Assembly (NCBI GenBank): GCA_018398765.1
Contig: JAHBMJ010000452.1
Location: 1 to 47,352 of the forward strand
DNA: 47,352 nt
DNA from: Chromera velia
Taxonomy: Eukaryota
Direction: 5' to 3'
This document shows positions 13,284-26,219 of the stretch, in pieces. The notes beneath the pieces are model-generated. The model made no database searches. It worked only from the letters and a program-made list of their open reading frames with translations, and was not told the origin of the DNA. Within the stretch, counting starts at the first letter, position 1. Every line of letters begins with the position of its first letter. The translations under genes and the position numbers were made by a program.

Positions 13284-14544
13284 TGTAGGTTTTGATGTCT
13301 CTTTTTGGGTGATGTCTGGCGTTCGCGTAAGTTTGGAGATGTCGGATCCACCTGAGCCACTCGCCCTCTTCCATTTGGGAGTTGCACTCGCAGTTTGTCT
13401 TCAAAGACGTCAGACACACACCGTCTTCTACTTCTCCTCTTCCCCCCTCGCGCCTCGAACAGGCAAATTCCTGCAAGAAGGAAACACCAAAATCTTCGAC
13501 TTAAGCGTGCGTGAGTATTCTCTGTATGGGTCAACAAATGCATAACAAATCCCTGAAGACCGTCGATTTACCCTAAAAAAAAGCCGACGCACGCACCTGC
13601 GCCCAGGTCTCGTTGTTCCCAGATCCTGGGTAGCACCCGAGTCCCGTCTCTCTGTTCCGGACGTCACACGTCTTACTGTCAAAAGGGTACAGCCCAAAGG
13701 GCACCACGTTGGGGTCCCGACGTGCGAACGCCGAACCCACCACAGCAAAAACCGTTGGAGAATCCCACCCCCACCCCATGTGTCCCTTTCCCTCCCTGGA
13801 CAGGAAAACGTCCAAGCCTCTCTCTTTGGGAGGACACCAGTAGACGGACTCTAACGAGGATGGACATTGAATTGCGCCTCGAACCACAGTCTCCGTACCG
13901 TTTGCATTCACGAACCTTGCTCTGGGTTCATGGAAGACGGCCCAGGGCACGAACGTCGATGGAGTCACGAGAGATGCAGGCACGCATCCCGTCCCTCTCT
14001 CTCCTTCTGAGTACCCGTCAGTCCGGAGAGAAAGAACATCGGGTGCCCTGGAGAGAAACCCCTCCGAACCTTCTCGAGTAAAAACGTTCAGAAAGTCCAC
14101 GCTCTCGTCGGAACAATCCAACGCAGCCGCTCCAACAGCGTCCTTGCTTGCAGAAGAAGCGAAAGACACAGAAGAACGACGAGATAAAGGCGAAGACAAA
14201 CAGGACCACCGACCCAGAGGAGATTGGGGCTCTACGTAAAGTCTCTCTTCAGTTTCACAGGTCTCTCCTCCTTCATCCTCTTCTGTTTCTGTCGGTGAGG
14301 TGCAGTGGCAGGGTGTTGGGAAGGGCTTCCTTGTTCGCGCCTTATACAACGGATCCTGAGGGTCACTCGCCCACTCTGTCCATGGGTGGAAACCACATGC
14401 GGGCGTGCGGACATCAGCACAAGGCGAGTTACGAGGAAGGCACGACAAGCCATCGTCCAAAGTTCCGCTCAACCCGCAGACGATTGGAGCCAGGATGAGA
14501 AGAGAAGCCAGGCAAAAACCTTCAAGCCTGTTGCATGCATGCAT
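13284..14544 (-). CDS. Secreted Cys-rich hypothetical protein (exons ~14544-13597, 13470-13284; last exon unresolved, ~12970-13140)
   Basis: Long ORF with an N-terminal hydrophobic leader (FCLASLLILAPIVCG) and many Cys. CAG|GTGCGT donor joins in phase to EFACSRR...CLTSLKTNCECN. Confidence 0.65.
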
Positions 14545-16094
14545 GTGTTGCACAACTGTTGTCGTGTTTGATTTTTCTGCGCCTGAATGGTCACTGCGAA
14601 GTGCACGTCAAGAAGACTTGCAAACAGTGCAGACTCTCTTGCGTCTGTAGATTCAACTCCAACGAAAAGATAGCCTTCTTCTGAAACTCGACTCGTCAAT
14701 CGGAAAATTTCAACGCAGTGTACGCGCACAATCTATTTGACTGCTCAGACTCCCTTCAGTTCCAATTTTCAGAGCTCCTTACGTCCAACTACACTTTCTT
14801 CCTGCTCCGTATGTTTCCTCATGATCGGAAACCAGCTACATTGGATATGTGAATGTATACGTACGCATATATACATCGATGGTTTCATGTGTATATACTT
14901 AATTGGATTATATAAGTGCATGAATGAGTCTAGCCCAGTGTTACCGTTGCATGGAAGGCGTGGCGGCGCCTGCAGAGCCTTTAGCCGAGCGTTTGAGCGT
15001 CGTCGCCGCATGTCGCCGCCACTCACCGTTTCCAAACAATATTTCAGCAAGAAAGATACATTCCAACAGAAGCAACAGCAAGAGCAGTGAGAGAAGAGAA
15101 TCTGAAAGACCGTCTGTGAAACAGTCGGTGAAAGCGAACGGACACCCCCTCGTGTGGAAGAGTCCGCTTCGTTTGACCCGGCTCCGTGAGCACCCAGCAA
15201 CCAGCCTCCTTCATTTTAGGGTGGATTGGTTCGACTGTGGTTCATGCTCACGTCTCTTATCACACCATGCGTTTTGTGCCCTTGACTCAAGTGTGAGATC
15301 TATTTGTCGCCTGCAAGTTCACACGCACTCATGCCCTTGAGCTGAGTGGTGAACTCTCTTCTTGTTCGTGCGTTGAGTCGAGCGTAAACTCCGTCGTGTG
15401 CCCCTGCGCACAAAGATTCTTCGTGAGAGCCTTGAGTCAAGTGTGACTAGGTCTCTGGCCTAGCTCTCCGTCTGTTCTGCCGCTACCTCCAAAGCAGCAG
15501 GAAGTTGCTACACGTGGTGACTGCTTCAGCAAGAGTCGACTACTTCCCTCTGTTCTGGATTCAATTGTCGCCTTGTTTCTTTCAGCTTCTTTCAGGAAGA
15601 CAGTCTGCGTCGATCCGTCTCTCTTTTTCAAACCGCTGCGGGCACAGTCAGGAGACTGTGAAAGAGGGTGTCAGAGACCCCTTGCGTCCCGTGTCAGCTG
15701 GCCGGAGCTCTCTTCTCTTGCTCTTCTGGTCTGGTGGGAACTTTCTTTTCTCGGCTCTTGAGAAAGAACCTGGGGACGGGAGATGAAAATTGTTGTGGAG
15801 TCGGGAGAGACTGGAGACGGGGAGACAGTTCCTTCCCACGAAGACTGGACAGGGACCCGGAGACCATTGGCCTTGCCAACTACAAGCAGACTGGAGAGAA
15901 ATGGGCAGTTGGTTTCCTTGTTTCTGTGTGTGTTGATCGGCTGTTTTGTCTCTGTCTTCAGTGCGAGAGAAGACTAGCAAGTGTGAACTATCGGATTCCT
16001 TTTTGCCCCTGCCCATTCTTCGTGCCTTGGGTCGAGTGGGAGCTCTGTTTCAATCGGTGCCCCGTGAACACGTATTCTTCATGCCCTGCCGCAT

Positions 16095-16575
16095 TCTATC
16101 TGACTCATGCCCCGCACACACGATGACACCGGATCATCGCCCGGTCACACACATTCGAATCTCTGACTCGTACCCCTCTCTGACTCGTGCCTCTGCGCAC
16201 ACTCTGTCTGACTCGTACCCCGCACACACGATGACACCGGATCATCGCCTGGTCACACACATTCGCACCCATTCCTCGTGCCCCTGCGCACATTCTCTCT
16301 GACTCGTGTCCCTGCGCACATCCTCTCTGACTGGTGCCCATGCACACGTTCTGTCTGACTCGTGCCTCTGCGCACATTCTCTCTGACTCACGCCCGTGCG
16401 CACATTCTCTCTGACTGGTGCCCATGCACACGTTCTGTCTGACTCGTGCCTCTGCGCACATTCTCTCTGACTCGTGCCCGTGCACGCATTCTCTCTGACT
16501 TGTGCTCCTGCGCACATTCTCTCTGCTTCCTGCCCATGCGAACACGATCCCACCGGATCATCACTGGGTCACACA
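16095..16575. repeat. Degenerate ~26-bp minisatellite (TCTCTGACTCGTGCCTCTGCGCACAT-like) with larger subunits
   Basis: Repeated TCTGACTCGTGC and GCACATTCTCT motifs; also CCGGATCATCGC..GGTCACACAC three times. Confidence 0.85.
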
Positions 16576-17049
16576 CTCATTCCTCAGTCCCCTGCACACC
16601 GCGTCCTTCTTGTTCCTGAGCATTCGACCCTTGTGCTCCCCTGACCATACGCATTCTACTTGCCCCTGAGCATATTCTCGTCTCCTGTCACCGCGCACCG
16701 CATTCTTCTTGCCCCCGTGAATGAGCATACTCTATTTACATGCCATTGCGCACACGATTATTACCGAGCCGGACAGTCTGAGTGAGAACCCTCGTGCCCC
16801 GGAGCATCTTCAGTCTTCGTGTCTCTTTTCACATGTTCACATTGATGCTGCTTCACCTGAACGCATTCTGTTCTCGGGTTCCTCCACACCCATTTTTCCT
16901 TCTATCGCGCGCACCCTGTTTTGTCCATCAACATCCAAGCCGTCCTCATGAACGCATTTTGTAGTCTTTGGCCACACGAGTCGTCGAAGAATTTTTGGGA
17001 TCAAAGTGAAGAACTCAGGCCGACGCACCTATGGCAAGAACCCTCGCGT

Positions 17050-18660
17050 TTCATCCCTCTGCATTCCTTTCTTCTTGCACACGATGACGGGCAAAAATCC
17101 TTATCTGCATCCCTTCTCGCTTGCACCCAGACGAGGGCAAAGATCCCTCTCTGCAATCATTCCTTCTTACAGACAAGGAGCACACCGATCCCTCTCTGAC
17201 CATTCGTTCCTTTCGTGCAGGCAGCGAAGGGTGAAGATCCCTCTCTCTGCATCCATTCCTCCTTGCACACGCAGATCCATCTGCATTCCTTTTTTTCTGC
17301 ACACACTGAAGGGCAAGATCCCTCTCTGCATTCCTGCTTGCTTGCAGCCAGACAAGGGCAAAGGTCGCTATCTGCATTCATTCTTTCTTTCAGACAAGGG
17401 GAACCCAAATCTCTCTCTCAGCATTCATTCCTTTCTTGCAGAAAGCGAAGGGCACAGATGCGTCTCTCTGCATTCACTCCTTCTTGCAGACACCGAAGGG
17501 CAAGAATCAATCCCTCTGCATCCACTCCTTTTTGCGGACAGGGATAATTCTGAAGGCCACGAACCATCCTCTGCATGCATTCTGGCTTGCAGACAGGCAA
17601 AGGTACAGATCTCTCTCTCTCTCTGCACACATTCCTTAACTCCTGCAGACAGTGAAGCGCACAATTCCCTCTCTCTACATTCATTCCTTCTTGCAGATGG
17701 CCGAGGACAGAGATCCCTCTCTGCAGTCATTCAGGGTTTTAAAAAAAAAAAAATTATTCCGCCTCGCAGAAAGGGAAGCTCGCAGATCCCTCTCTCTGCA
17801 TTCATTCCGTCTTGCAGATAGGATAGGACAGAGACCCCTCTCTATATCCATTCTCAGATTCATTCCGCCTCCCAGAGAGAAGCTCACAGATCCCTCTCTC
17901 TGCATTCATTCCGTCTTGCAGATAGGATAGGACAGAGATCCCTCTCTGTATCCCTAGTCTGTATCCATTCTCAGATTCATTCCACCTCCCAGAGAGAAGC
18001 GTACAGATCCCTCTCTCTGCAGTCATTCCTTGTTGCAGATAGGATAAGACAGAGATCCCTCTCTGTATCCATTCTCAGATTCATTCCGCCTCCCAGAGAG
18101 AAACGCACAGATCCCTCTCTCTGCAGTCATTCCTTGTTGCAGATAGGACAGGACAGAGATCCCTCTCTGCATCCATTCTCAGATTCATTCCGCCTCCTAG
18201 AGAGAAACGCACAGATCCCTTTCTCGGCATTCTTTCCTTTTTGCAGATTGGATAGCGCAGAGTTCGCTCTCTGCATTCATTCTCAGATTCATCCCGCCTC
18301 CCAGAGAGAAGCGCACAGATCCCTCTCTCTGCATTGAAATTTCTTTGCTTCTTGCGAATGGATAGCGCAGAGATTGTTCTCTGCATTGATTCTCAGATTC
18401 ATCCCGCCTTGCAGACAGCCAGAGCAAAGCTCCCTCTATGCATTCCTTCCTTCTTGCAGACAACGAAGGATACAGATCCTTCTCCCTGCATTCATTCCTT
18501 CTTGCAGATAGGACAGGGCAGAGATCCCCCTCTACACTCATTCTCACATTCATTCTGCTTCGCAGACAGAGAAGCGTACAGATCCTTCTCTCTGCGTTGA
18601 ACTTCATTCCCTTTTGCAGATAGGAGAGGGCAGAAATCCCTCACTGCATTCATTCTCAGA
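17050..18660. repeat. Degenerate compound minisatellite (AGATCCCTCTCTGCATTCATTCC..TTGCAGA)
   Basis: Motif recurs every ~40-50 bp, with higher-order units at 17780-18660. Confidence 0.85.
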
Positions 18661-19232
18661 CCCGCTGGCAGCAGCAAGGCGAAGATAAGTCCTGTCTCTG
18701 TGTGTTCATTTGATCGTTGATTATCTCAGCAAAGAGACGAAGGATTCTCTCTCCGCACGTTCGTTCAGTCGTGGCTGAGTCTCCTTGCGTGTCCGTTCAG
18801 TCGTCGCAAGCAGAGAATGACACAGGTTCCCCTCTCTGTACACTCGTTCGGTCGTTGCAAAAGGAATGCAAAGAATTCTCTCTTCATGTTCATTCGATTT
18901 CGTTCGGTCGTTGCAGCAGCAAGGCAGAGATTCCGCTGAGTCTCCTAGCGTGTTTGTTCAGTCGTTGCAAACAGAGGACGACAGAGATTCCTCTCTCGGC
19001 ACACTCGTTCGGTCGTTGCAAAAGGAATGCAAAGAATTCTCTCTTCATGTTCGTTCGCAGCAAGGCAGAGATTCCGCTGAGTCTCCTTGCGTATTCGTTC
19101 AGTCGTTGCAAGCAGAGGACGACAGAGATTCCTCTCTCTACGCATTCGTTCGGTCATTACGAAAGCAATGCAAAGATTTCTCTCTTCATGTTTGTTCGGT
19201 CGTTGCAAGCAAAGGATAACAGAAATTCCTCT
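18661..19232. repeat. Minisatellite (..GTTCGGTCGTTGCAAAAGGAATGCAAAGAATTCTCTCTTCATG..), left half; continues at 23281-23646
   Basis: The same units resume immediately after the TIR element. Confidence 0.85.
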
Positions 19233-20610
19233 AAGTCCCTATGCTCAAAAACCGACCTTTATACTGAAGTCTGACCTTTATATTTCATGTGCCTGCATGG
19301 CACGTGCAGCGCAGGATCCGCGTGCACGCTGCGCGCCGGCCGCAGCATGGTGCGCTTAATTATATGGCTGCTTGCGTCAGAACCGATTATCTGGCTTTTT
19401 ATGTCGAGGCCCTGTATGCTTTTTTCATTAATTGGCTGTGTGTGTAAGTCGTCATTGCATCAGATCCGCCTTGCTGAATGCTTATGCGCTTTATCCCCTT
19501 ATTCGTATTTACTTCGATCATGTGTGTTGAAACTTCTGTTGTGCTTTGTCGGGGAGCGGGAACTACTTTGGTGACTCCCTCTTCCGGTGAGTCCGGTCAT
19601 CTTGATTTGCAGATGTGCAGATTGTGTGAAGTTGTTGCATTATATCAAAAAAGGATGCCACTTACTGAATGTTGATGCGCTTTGTCTTCTATTTCTGGCG
19701 TGTGTATACGCAGGATTTGGAACTCGTCTTATGCTTTGTTGGGCAGGTGGAGCTGCCTTTGTCTCTAAGCTCTTCCGTTGAGTATACAGTCCCGTCTCTG
19801 CCCATCTGTAGATTGTGGAAGTTGTTGCAGTGCGTCATGCAGCGTTAGGCTGGGCGTCAGAAAAAGATGTACCCTGGTGAATGCTTATGGACTTTCTCCC
19901 CTCCTTCTCACGTGTATGTATGCAGGATTTGGGACTCCAGTTATGCTTTGTTGGGGAGGTGGATCGAGTCCTTGTAGAATCTTCTCTGGTAGGTTCTGGG
20001 TATTATTTGGGAAAAGGGTTGAAAGCAACGCCCCAGACCCGTCAGGCAACCATGCAGTAGAAATATATCTTTCCCTCTTTATGGAACGTTTTAAAGTTTT
20101 CTTTTGCTTGCTCGCCAGCAGATTTTGCTCTCGCTCTATTGTACTAGGGGGCTTGTCTTGATTTCTTCCCTCCTGTCTCCTTTGTATTTTTTGCCCACGT
20201 CAGCAAACGACCCAGATTTCTCAGAGAGGGATTGGCCTGGACGTCTTTTTGTGGCTGATTTGTGTGCCTCTTGGTTTTCCTGCAGTTTTGGATCCTTTTT
20301 ATCGTTGAAACGGGTGCTGGCTCTGTTGCTGGCGCTTGTCTTCATTCTTCTATCAGGTAGGCTCTCTATGTGAATGTTTGTATGACACTGTCTGATGCGT
20401 GGCACTGCTGCTCCTTATGGTAATGCATATGGTGCATCAAGGTTTGCATACGGATGGGCGGGACCAGGTTGGGGGTTGGGGGTGAACGAGAATGTCAACT
20501 TGAAAGAACGGGATACATAGGGAGCTGTGAAAGAGAGGGCGTCTAGGAAGAAGAGGGGTAGACAGGGTGTGAGCTCAGGAGGAAGGGGGAGCGGCGGCGA
20601 GCGGTGGCGG

Positions 20611-20611
<1 letters not shown>

Positions 20612-20642
<31 letters not shown>

Positions 20643-21010
20643 GGAGAGAGGGGCGAGGCGGGTCCGGAGGTTAAGAGGGGGAGGGACAGAGGCGAGCATG
20701 AAGATACTGGAAGAGAGAAAGAAGACCAGATAAGATAGTGGAGACGGTACAGATAGCAGGGAGGGTGGAGACGATGGAGACGGCAGAGACAGCGGAGATG
20801 GTAGAGATGGTAAAGACAGTGGAGACGGCGGAGACGGCTGAGACAGTGGGCCGGGGTGCAGTTAGGAGAGGTCAATTGGGGGGGAAGTAAGGGGGGAGGA
20901 GACTTTAGAGGCAGTGGAACCGGCAGAGACGGCAAAGACTGCGGAGACGGTGGAGACGGCGGAGACGGTGGAGACTGTGGAGACGGCGGAGACGGCAGAG
21001 ACGGCGGGAG
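20612..21010. repeat. G30 homopolymer followed by 9-bp GGAGACGG(C/T) repeats
   Basis: Poly-G at 20612-20641; GGAGACGGY units at 20740-20840 and 20920-21010. Confidence 0.9.
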
Positions 21011-21182
21011 GGTGCCAGGGGGAGTCAGGCACTAAAGGGGGGCCCCGAGGGGGGGTTCAAAAAAAAGTTTTTCTCAGAAGGTGCGTGATGGCTTCGGAAT
21101 ATGTTACGGATGGGTGGTTTCACTTTACTTTTCGTTTTTTCTTTTTGAACAACACTTGTATCGCTTATTGTTGTCGCAACTA

Positions 21183-21399
21183 GCGGCGCCGATAGCTCTC
21201 CAACAATATCAAACCGGCCGGTTCCATATTGTTGGGGGGGGGTCAAAATTTCATTTTTTTGTTGAGGTGGGGGATCGTTCGGTTTCGTTATCGAAAGCGA
21301 TGTTTTATTTTTGGACTTTTGGAAATTTTGATTTTTTGACCCCCCCCTAACAATATCAAAGCGGCCGGTTTGGTATTGTTGGGGAGCCATCGGCGCCGC
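21183..21399. repeat. Long imperfect inverted repeat (~66-bp arms, ~85-bp spacer)
   Basis: Arms 21183-21248 and 21333-21399; each contains a CCAACAATATCAAACCGGCCGG..ATTGTTGG-type sub-hairpin. Confidence 0.85.
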
Positions 21400-21699
21400 A
21401 GGGTCACCAACAATATCTTCACTCAAATTCTTGATATCACAGAAGCAGAATGCATATATTACGTATACACACAGTAATCCGATTATACGTTTGAGTTCTC
21501 TATCTTTTCTGAATTGTTGTCTGTGCAAGACACAAGATTCAGAAGCGTGCAAAGGTCCCCTGAGATGCCACCTCTGCGTGGTCACTATGGGTGAACATGT
21601 GATTAGTAAGTCTTTAAAAAGAATATTGCCGTTCTGGCTGTATTGACACAAATTGATTCCCTCATGCCCTTCTGCTTTTCTCCATATTTTCCAGTTGGA

Positions 21700-21817
21700 G
21701 CGCACAGTTTCTTTTCTTTCCCTTTCTCCTCCATCTTTATTGTTTTTTTCCCCTTCTTTCCTTAATTGTTGTTTTCGTGCCTTCCTCTTTTTCTTCCCTC
21801 CTTCCTTTCTTTCTTCT

Positions 21818-21848
<31 letters not shown>

Positions 21849-22560
21849 CTCTTTCCCTCTCTCTTTCTTTCTCTCTTTGTGACTTTCTTTCTTCCTTCCT
21901 TCTTCGATCCCTTCTTCCTTTCTTTCCTTGTCGGAGTCCCTTCTTTCCATCTTTCCTTCTTCCCTTCATTGCATCGTTCCCCCTTCCTACTTTCGTTCTT
22001 TCTTTCGTTCAAAAATTTTTAAGCTTTCTTTGTCTGTTTCCTTCCTGTCTTTTATCCTTCCTTTTTTCCGTCATTTCTCCCGTCCTTCTTCTATTCGTTT
22101 CTTTCCTTCCTTCCTTTTTTCCTTCCTTCCTTCCTTCCTTTCTTCCTTCCTTCCTTCCCTTTTCCTTCCTTCGTTGCCCTGTCTTTCCTTTTGCTTCTTT
22201 CTTCCTTCTCCTGCTGCTTTCTTCTTTCTTTGAAGTTCCTTTTTTTTTCATTTTCTTCTGTCCTTTATCCCTGCCTGCCGTTCTTCCTTCCTTCCTTCCT
22301 TCCTTCCTTCCTCTCTTTCTTCCTTCTTTTTTCTTATTTTCTTAATTCTTTTCTTCCTTCCTTCCTTCGTTCCGTCCTGCCTTCCGTGTTTATTAATTGG
22401 TCTTCCTTCTTTCTTCATCTAAGACTCCTTACTTTCTTTTCTTCCTTTCTTGCTTCCTTTCTTCCTTCCTTTTTCTTTTTCTTGCTTGTTTGCCTTCTTC
22501 CTTCCTCCGTTTCCGTTGCCTTCCTGTTTTGCTTACTTGTTTTGTTTTCTTCCCTCATCC
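21700..22560. repeat. Polypyrimidine low-complexity tract
   Basis: (CTTC)n/(CT)n-rich. Confidence 0.9.
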
Positions 22561-25052
22561 AATGGATGTCATTTATGCGTTCAAGGCAGAGGCACTCTGA
22601 GTTTCTGTGATTTGTCCTACAAGAAGTTGGTGTCTCAAAATATCATTCTTTGGGCGATAGTAGAAGAAGTACAGAAACGACTCTTTAATCAGAATCGATC
22701 TGAATAACAAATGAAACAAAACGGCTTAAACATTGGCTTTTTCAGGGTTCTCTCTTGAAATAATATTTAAAAAATGTTAAATCTTAGTTTTCGATCATTG
22801 TTTTGATAGTATTAAAATTTAAAACTCATTCTCACTGAACTACTTTTAAAAGAATTTTCCAGAGAATTAATTTTATTTTAGTCTAACATTTATAGTGAAA
22901 ACTTTAAAATATATAGATTATCTAGATAATTATATTTTTTTTTAACTTTTTGCGCACACACATACTTAATCGAATAATAGTCAAATTTCAAAACTTTTTT
23001 AGCTAACAATATCATTAAACACATTTAGATTTGAAAAATATTCATGCGCAGTAGCTGACAGTCACCGTTGATTAATCACCTTTAACTAGCTAGCGCTAGA
23101 ATTACTTTTAAGAACTTGAATCTAAATTTATAAACATTTGTTATTAGCTTATTTATCATTGATAAACTAAAAAAAAAAAATCTAATTAACTTATATTTTA
23201 TGTTAAGAAAACATAGAATAATACTATCAATGCAAAGGTCAGACTTCAGCATAGAGGTCTATTTTCAAGCATAGGGACTTCTCTCTCTGCATACTCTTTC
23301 AATCGTTACAAAAAGAATGCAAAGGTTCTCTCTAAATGTTTGTTCCGTCGTTGCAGCAGCAAGGTAGAGATTCCGCTGAGTGTTCCTGCGCGTTTGTTCA
23401 GTCGTTGCAAGCAGAATACGACTAAGAGCAGGACAGAGATTCTTCTCTCTGCACGCTCATTCGGTCGTCACAAAAGGAATGCACAGAATTCTCTCTTCAT
23501 GTTTATTCAGTCGTTGCAGCAGCAAAGCAGAGATTCCGCTGAGTCTCTTTACATTTTCGTTCAGTCGTTGCAAGCAGAAGATGACAGGGATTCCTCTCTC
23601 TACGTACTCGTTCGGTCATTGCAAAGGAATGTAAAGAATTCTCTCTAGGCAAGCAGCCGGTAGATGAGCAAACTTCTCCCCTTATATATTCGCTCTGACT
23701 CATGCCCCTATGCATTGTTCCTTCTGTACACTATTCGGTCATCAGTGCACTGCTTTATACATATTTTCAGGCAACTTACTTGCTTTCCTATCAGATTGGG
23801 CCCACTTTTCAGACAGGAAGCCGTCTAGGATCCCTTTTGGATGATGACGCTTAAAAAAGAGCAAAAGCACAGCTTAGCCTTTCCTGCGTGCATCGGCCAC
23901 CCTACGGCTTGTCGGGGCCAACCCTTCGGTAAGACGTAATCCTATACCTCTATACATCTAGCGGGCCCTCCTCTAAAAGGATTCATGTATAAACGACATA
24001 AGATGATGATAAAAGCTTAAATGGAAGGCGTGGCAGCGGTGTAGAGCCTTTAGCCGAGCGTTTAAGCGTCGTCGCCGCATATCACCGCCACTCACCATTT
24101 CCAAACAATATTTCAGCAAGAAAGTTATATTCCAACAGAAGCAATAGCAAGAGCAGTGAGAGAAGAAAATCTGAAAGACCATCTGTGAAACAGTTGGTAA
24201 AAGCGAACAGGCACCTACCCACCCACCCACCTGCCGCATTTTTTTCTTTGTGCACTCTGTTTTCTCCAATAGGAAGCCTTAGCAGCAATGTCGGGCTAAC
24301 TACTCGGGTAGTGAACTCAGGTAACTGGGAAAGGACTATTCTGTCTTGGTTGGCACGGGGTTGATGGAGGGGAACTCAGAGCAATGGGAACATTTCCATG
24401 GATGGTGCAGTGGGAGCCGTCTAGGATCCTTTTTGGATGATGATGCTTAAAAAAGAGCTAAAGCACAGCTTAGCCTTTCCTGCGCGCATCGGCCATCCTA
24501 TGGCTTGTCGGGGTATACATGTTGTTAATAACATCATACACCCAACTAGTTGGGTGAGTGCCTCAGGGGGCGGTTGGGTGCCTATGAATAAAAAACTAAC
24601 CTGTGAGGAGTATCAAGTTTTTGAAAGATGAAAGTTAACCGAGTTTGACAGCAACTTTGACTATCATATGATCAATATTTGATAAGTTGTGTATGTGAAG
24701 CAAGGTGGCAATTAATTGAAGTTTTAAATCAATAATTAAGAAAGTTAATATGGTAAAAATCAGTAAAGACTGAGAAGATAAAAGATTAATATCAAAGTCT
24801 CAATTCTTTCTCTCCCTTTCTCTCTTGGCAATGCGTTTCAGCACTAAAAGTCATTTCGCTTTTGGCAGCATTTTGCCCCTCTGCCAGATGGCCTCAGATC
24901 GGAATGAAAAAGTCATTCAGATAAAGGAAAAATGATGCCGTGTATGTTTTTTCTTTAATTGTAAACCGTTTGCGGCATAGGCTAGACCTGTGCGGCCTGG
25001 CCAAGGAGGTCTGATACGTCTATGCGCTTTCCTTAGAAGCTGCACGTCGGAC

Positions 25053-25104
25053 ATTCGGCATTGGGGCGGGAGGCCAATCCTCTAAACATAAATCCTAATC
25101 CTAA
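25053..25104 (+). mobile_element. Short interspersed repeat ending in (AATCCT)n, probable retroposon 3' end
   Basis: ATTCGGCATTGGGGCGGGAGGCCAATCCTCTAAACATAAATCCTAATCCTAA. A second, inverted copy at 34911-34955 + 40074-40085 is split by the LTR element. Confidence 0.65.
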
Positions 25105-25351
25105 AGTTTGTGTAAATATTAAGAATTGTAAACAATTTGTTGTATGTTGTTAGTTAGTTGTTTAGTAAACGAGTTAGTTAGTTACATAGTGTTTAGTCAT
25201 TCATAGAGCATGCACAAGTGCAATTGAAGTGGTTGTAGTGTTAATTATTTTTTGTGTTCAAATGGATTGTGTAGATTCGATGTAGATTTGAGAAACATCA
25301 AAGCTAAGCATATAAAATTTAGAAACACTCGAAGACTTAGTGCACCCATCG

Positions 25352-26000
25352 TTATCCACCATGCTTCGGGATCCTATAGTCGTAGAAGTCGAGGTAGGTG
25401 TGGCACTTGTAGCATTCGGGGTGTGCTCTCACGGCTTCCCAGATACAGGGATCCTCAAAGGGGTTGATATGCAATTCGCGGATGCCGCTCAGTTTATAGC
25501 CGGCGAACTTGGTTTTCATCGCGTCCCAATCCAGGACCATATGGGTGGCAGGATCAGCAGAAAGATGTGATCGACATCTTCAAAGTCACGAGAAGAGAAG
25601 TCCGTCAGTTTTGTGACAACGTCAGCGTCTTGACCTGATGTCACTCACCGCCACACCTTCTCTCCATCGTTCTTCGTCACCCACTGTTTTTTGAATGGAT
25701 ACTCGTCGATTGTGACCCCCCTTCCTCGCAGCACAAGATTCAAATCCCGCCTGTCGACTGAATCGCGCTGAATCGTTCGGATTCTTTTTCGTTTTGTTGC
25801 CGAGCAGTTGTAAATACTCTTCCGTGTCGCCATCAGCAATCCAGATTGAATTTCGAGAGATGCCCTCCGGCATCGTTTCCCTGATCCTTCTTGCAGTCTC
25901 CCCCCGCAAATGCCCCGGGTAGAGCGCCTTCAGTGCTTCCCGGGCTTCTGGAAGGAATTTGTCAAGGAGAAAATTCGGCGTTATGTCCGTTCCAGCCTGC
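25352..26000 (-). CDS. Hypothetical multi-exon protein with short introns; 5' end unresolved
   Basis: Phase-consistent join CG|GTGAGT..GAAG|A gives ...DEYPFKKQWVTKNDGEKVWRCRSHLSADPATHMVLDWDAMK...CYKCHTYLDFYDYRIPKHGG*. Upstream frame reads TPNFLLDKFLPEAREALKALYPG. Confidence 0.5.
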
Positions 26001-26219
26001 CTGCGTCAATCGAGAGTAAAGCCAGCCTGCCTCGATCATGACGCCAGTCATTTTGTCCGCGGCCGACGGAGGATGTCCTTCCTTCTGAATGTCTGCACAA
26101 GAAAGGCGTCCCATACAATTACAAAAAGCGCACAAACACACGCACCCTGCCTCCACCCATCGATTGAAACAAATCCTTCCCCTTTCTGACCAAGCCGCCA
26201 CCCACCTCCGTCGTTCTTC

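Larger units (their letters stand above)
19233..23280. mobile_element. Non-autonomous DNA transposon, 52-bp TIRs, 4-bp TSD (CTCT)
   Basis: TIRs 19233-19284 and 23229-23280 match at 44/52 and start AAGTCCCTATGC. CTCT lies at 19229-19232 and 23281-23284. Excision restores the host unit ATTCCTCTCTCT. Confidence 0.85.
14951..24513 (+). mobile_element. Non-autonomous element with split direct repeats A1...B1-A2-B2 (Ngaro/PAT-type tyrosine-recombinase retrotransposon architecture)
   Basis: A1 14951-15142 matches A2 24021-24210; B1 23818-23917 matches B2 24414-24513. No RT, RNase H or YR ORF visible; interior is minisatellites. Confidence 0.65.

Noticed and set aside
17006..19274. Repetitive ORFs as gag or other proteins
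   Set aside because: They are minisatellite translations, open in multiple frames on both strands.
21025..22610. 200-300 aa ORFs inside the TIR element as a transposase
   Set aside because: They are translations of low-complexity DNA with no DDE or DNA-binding motifs.
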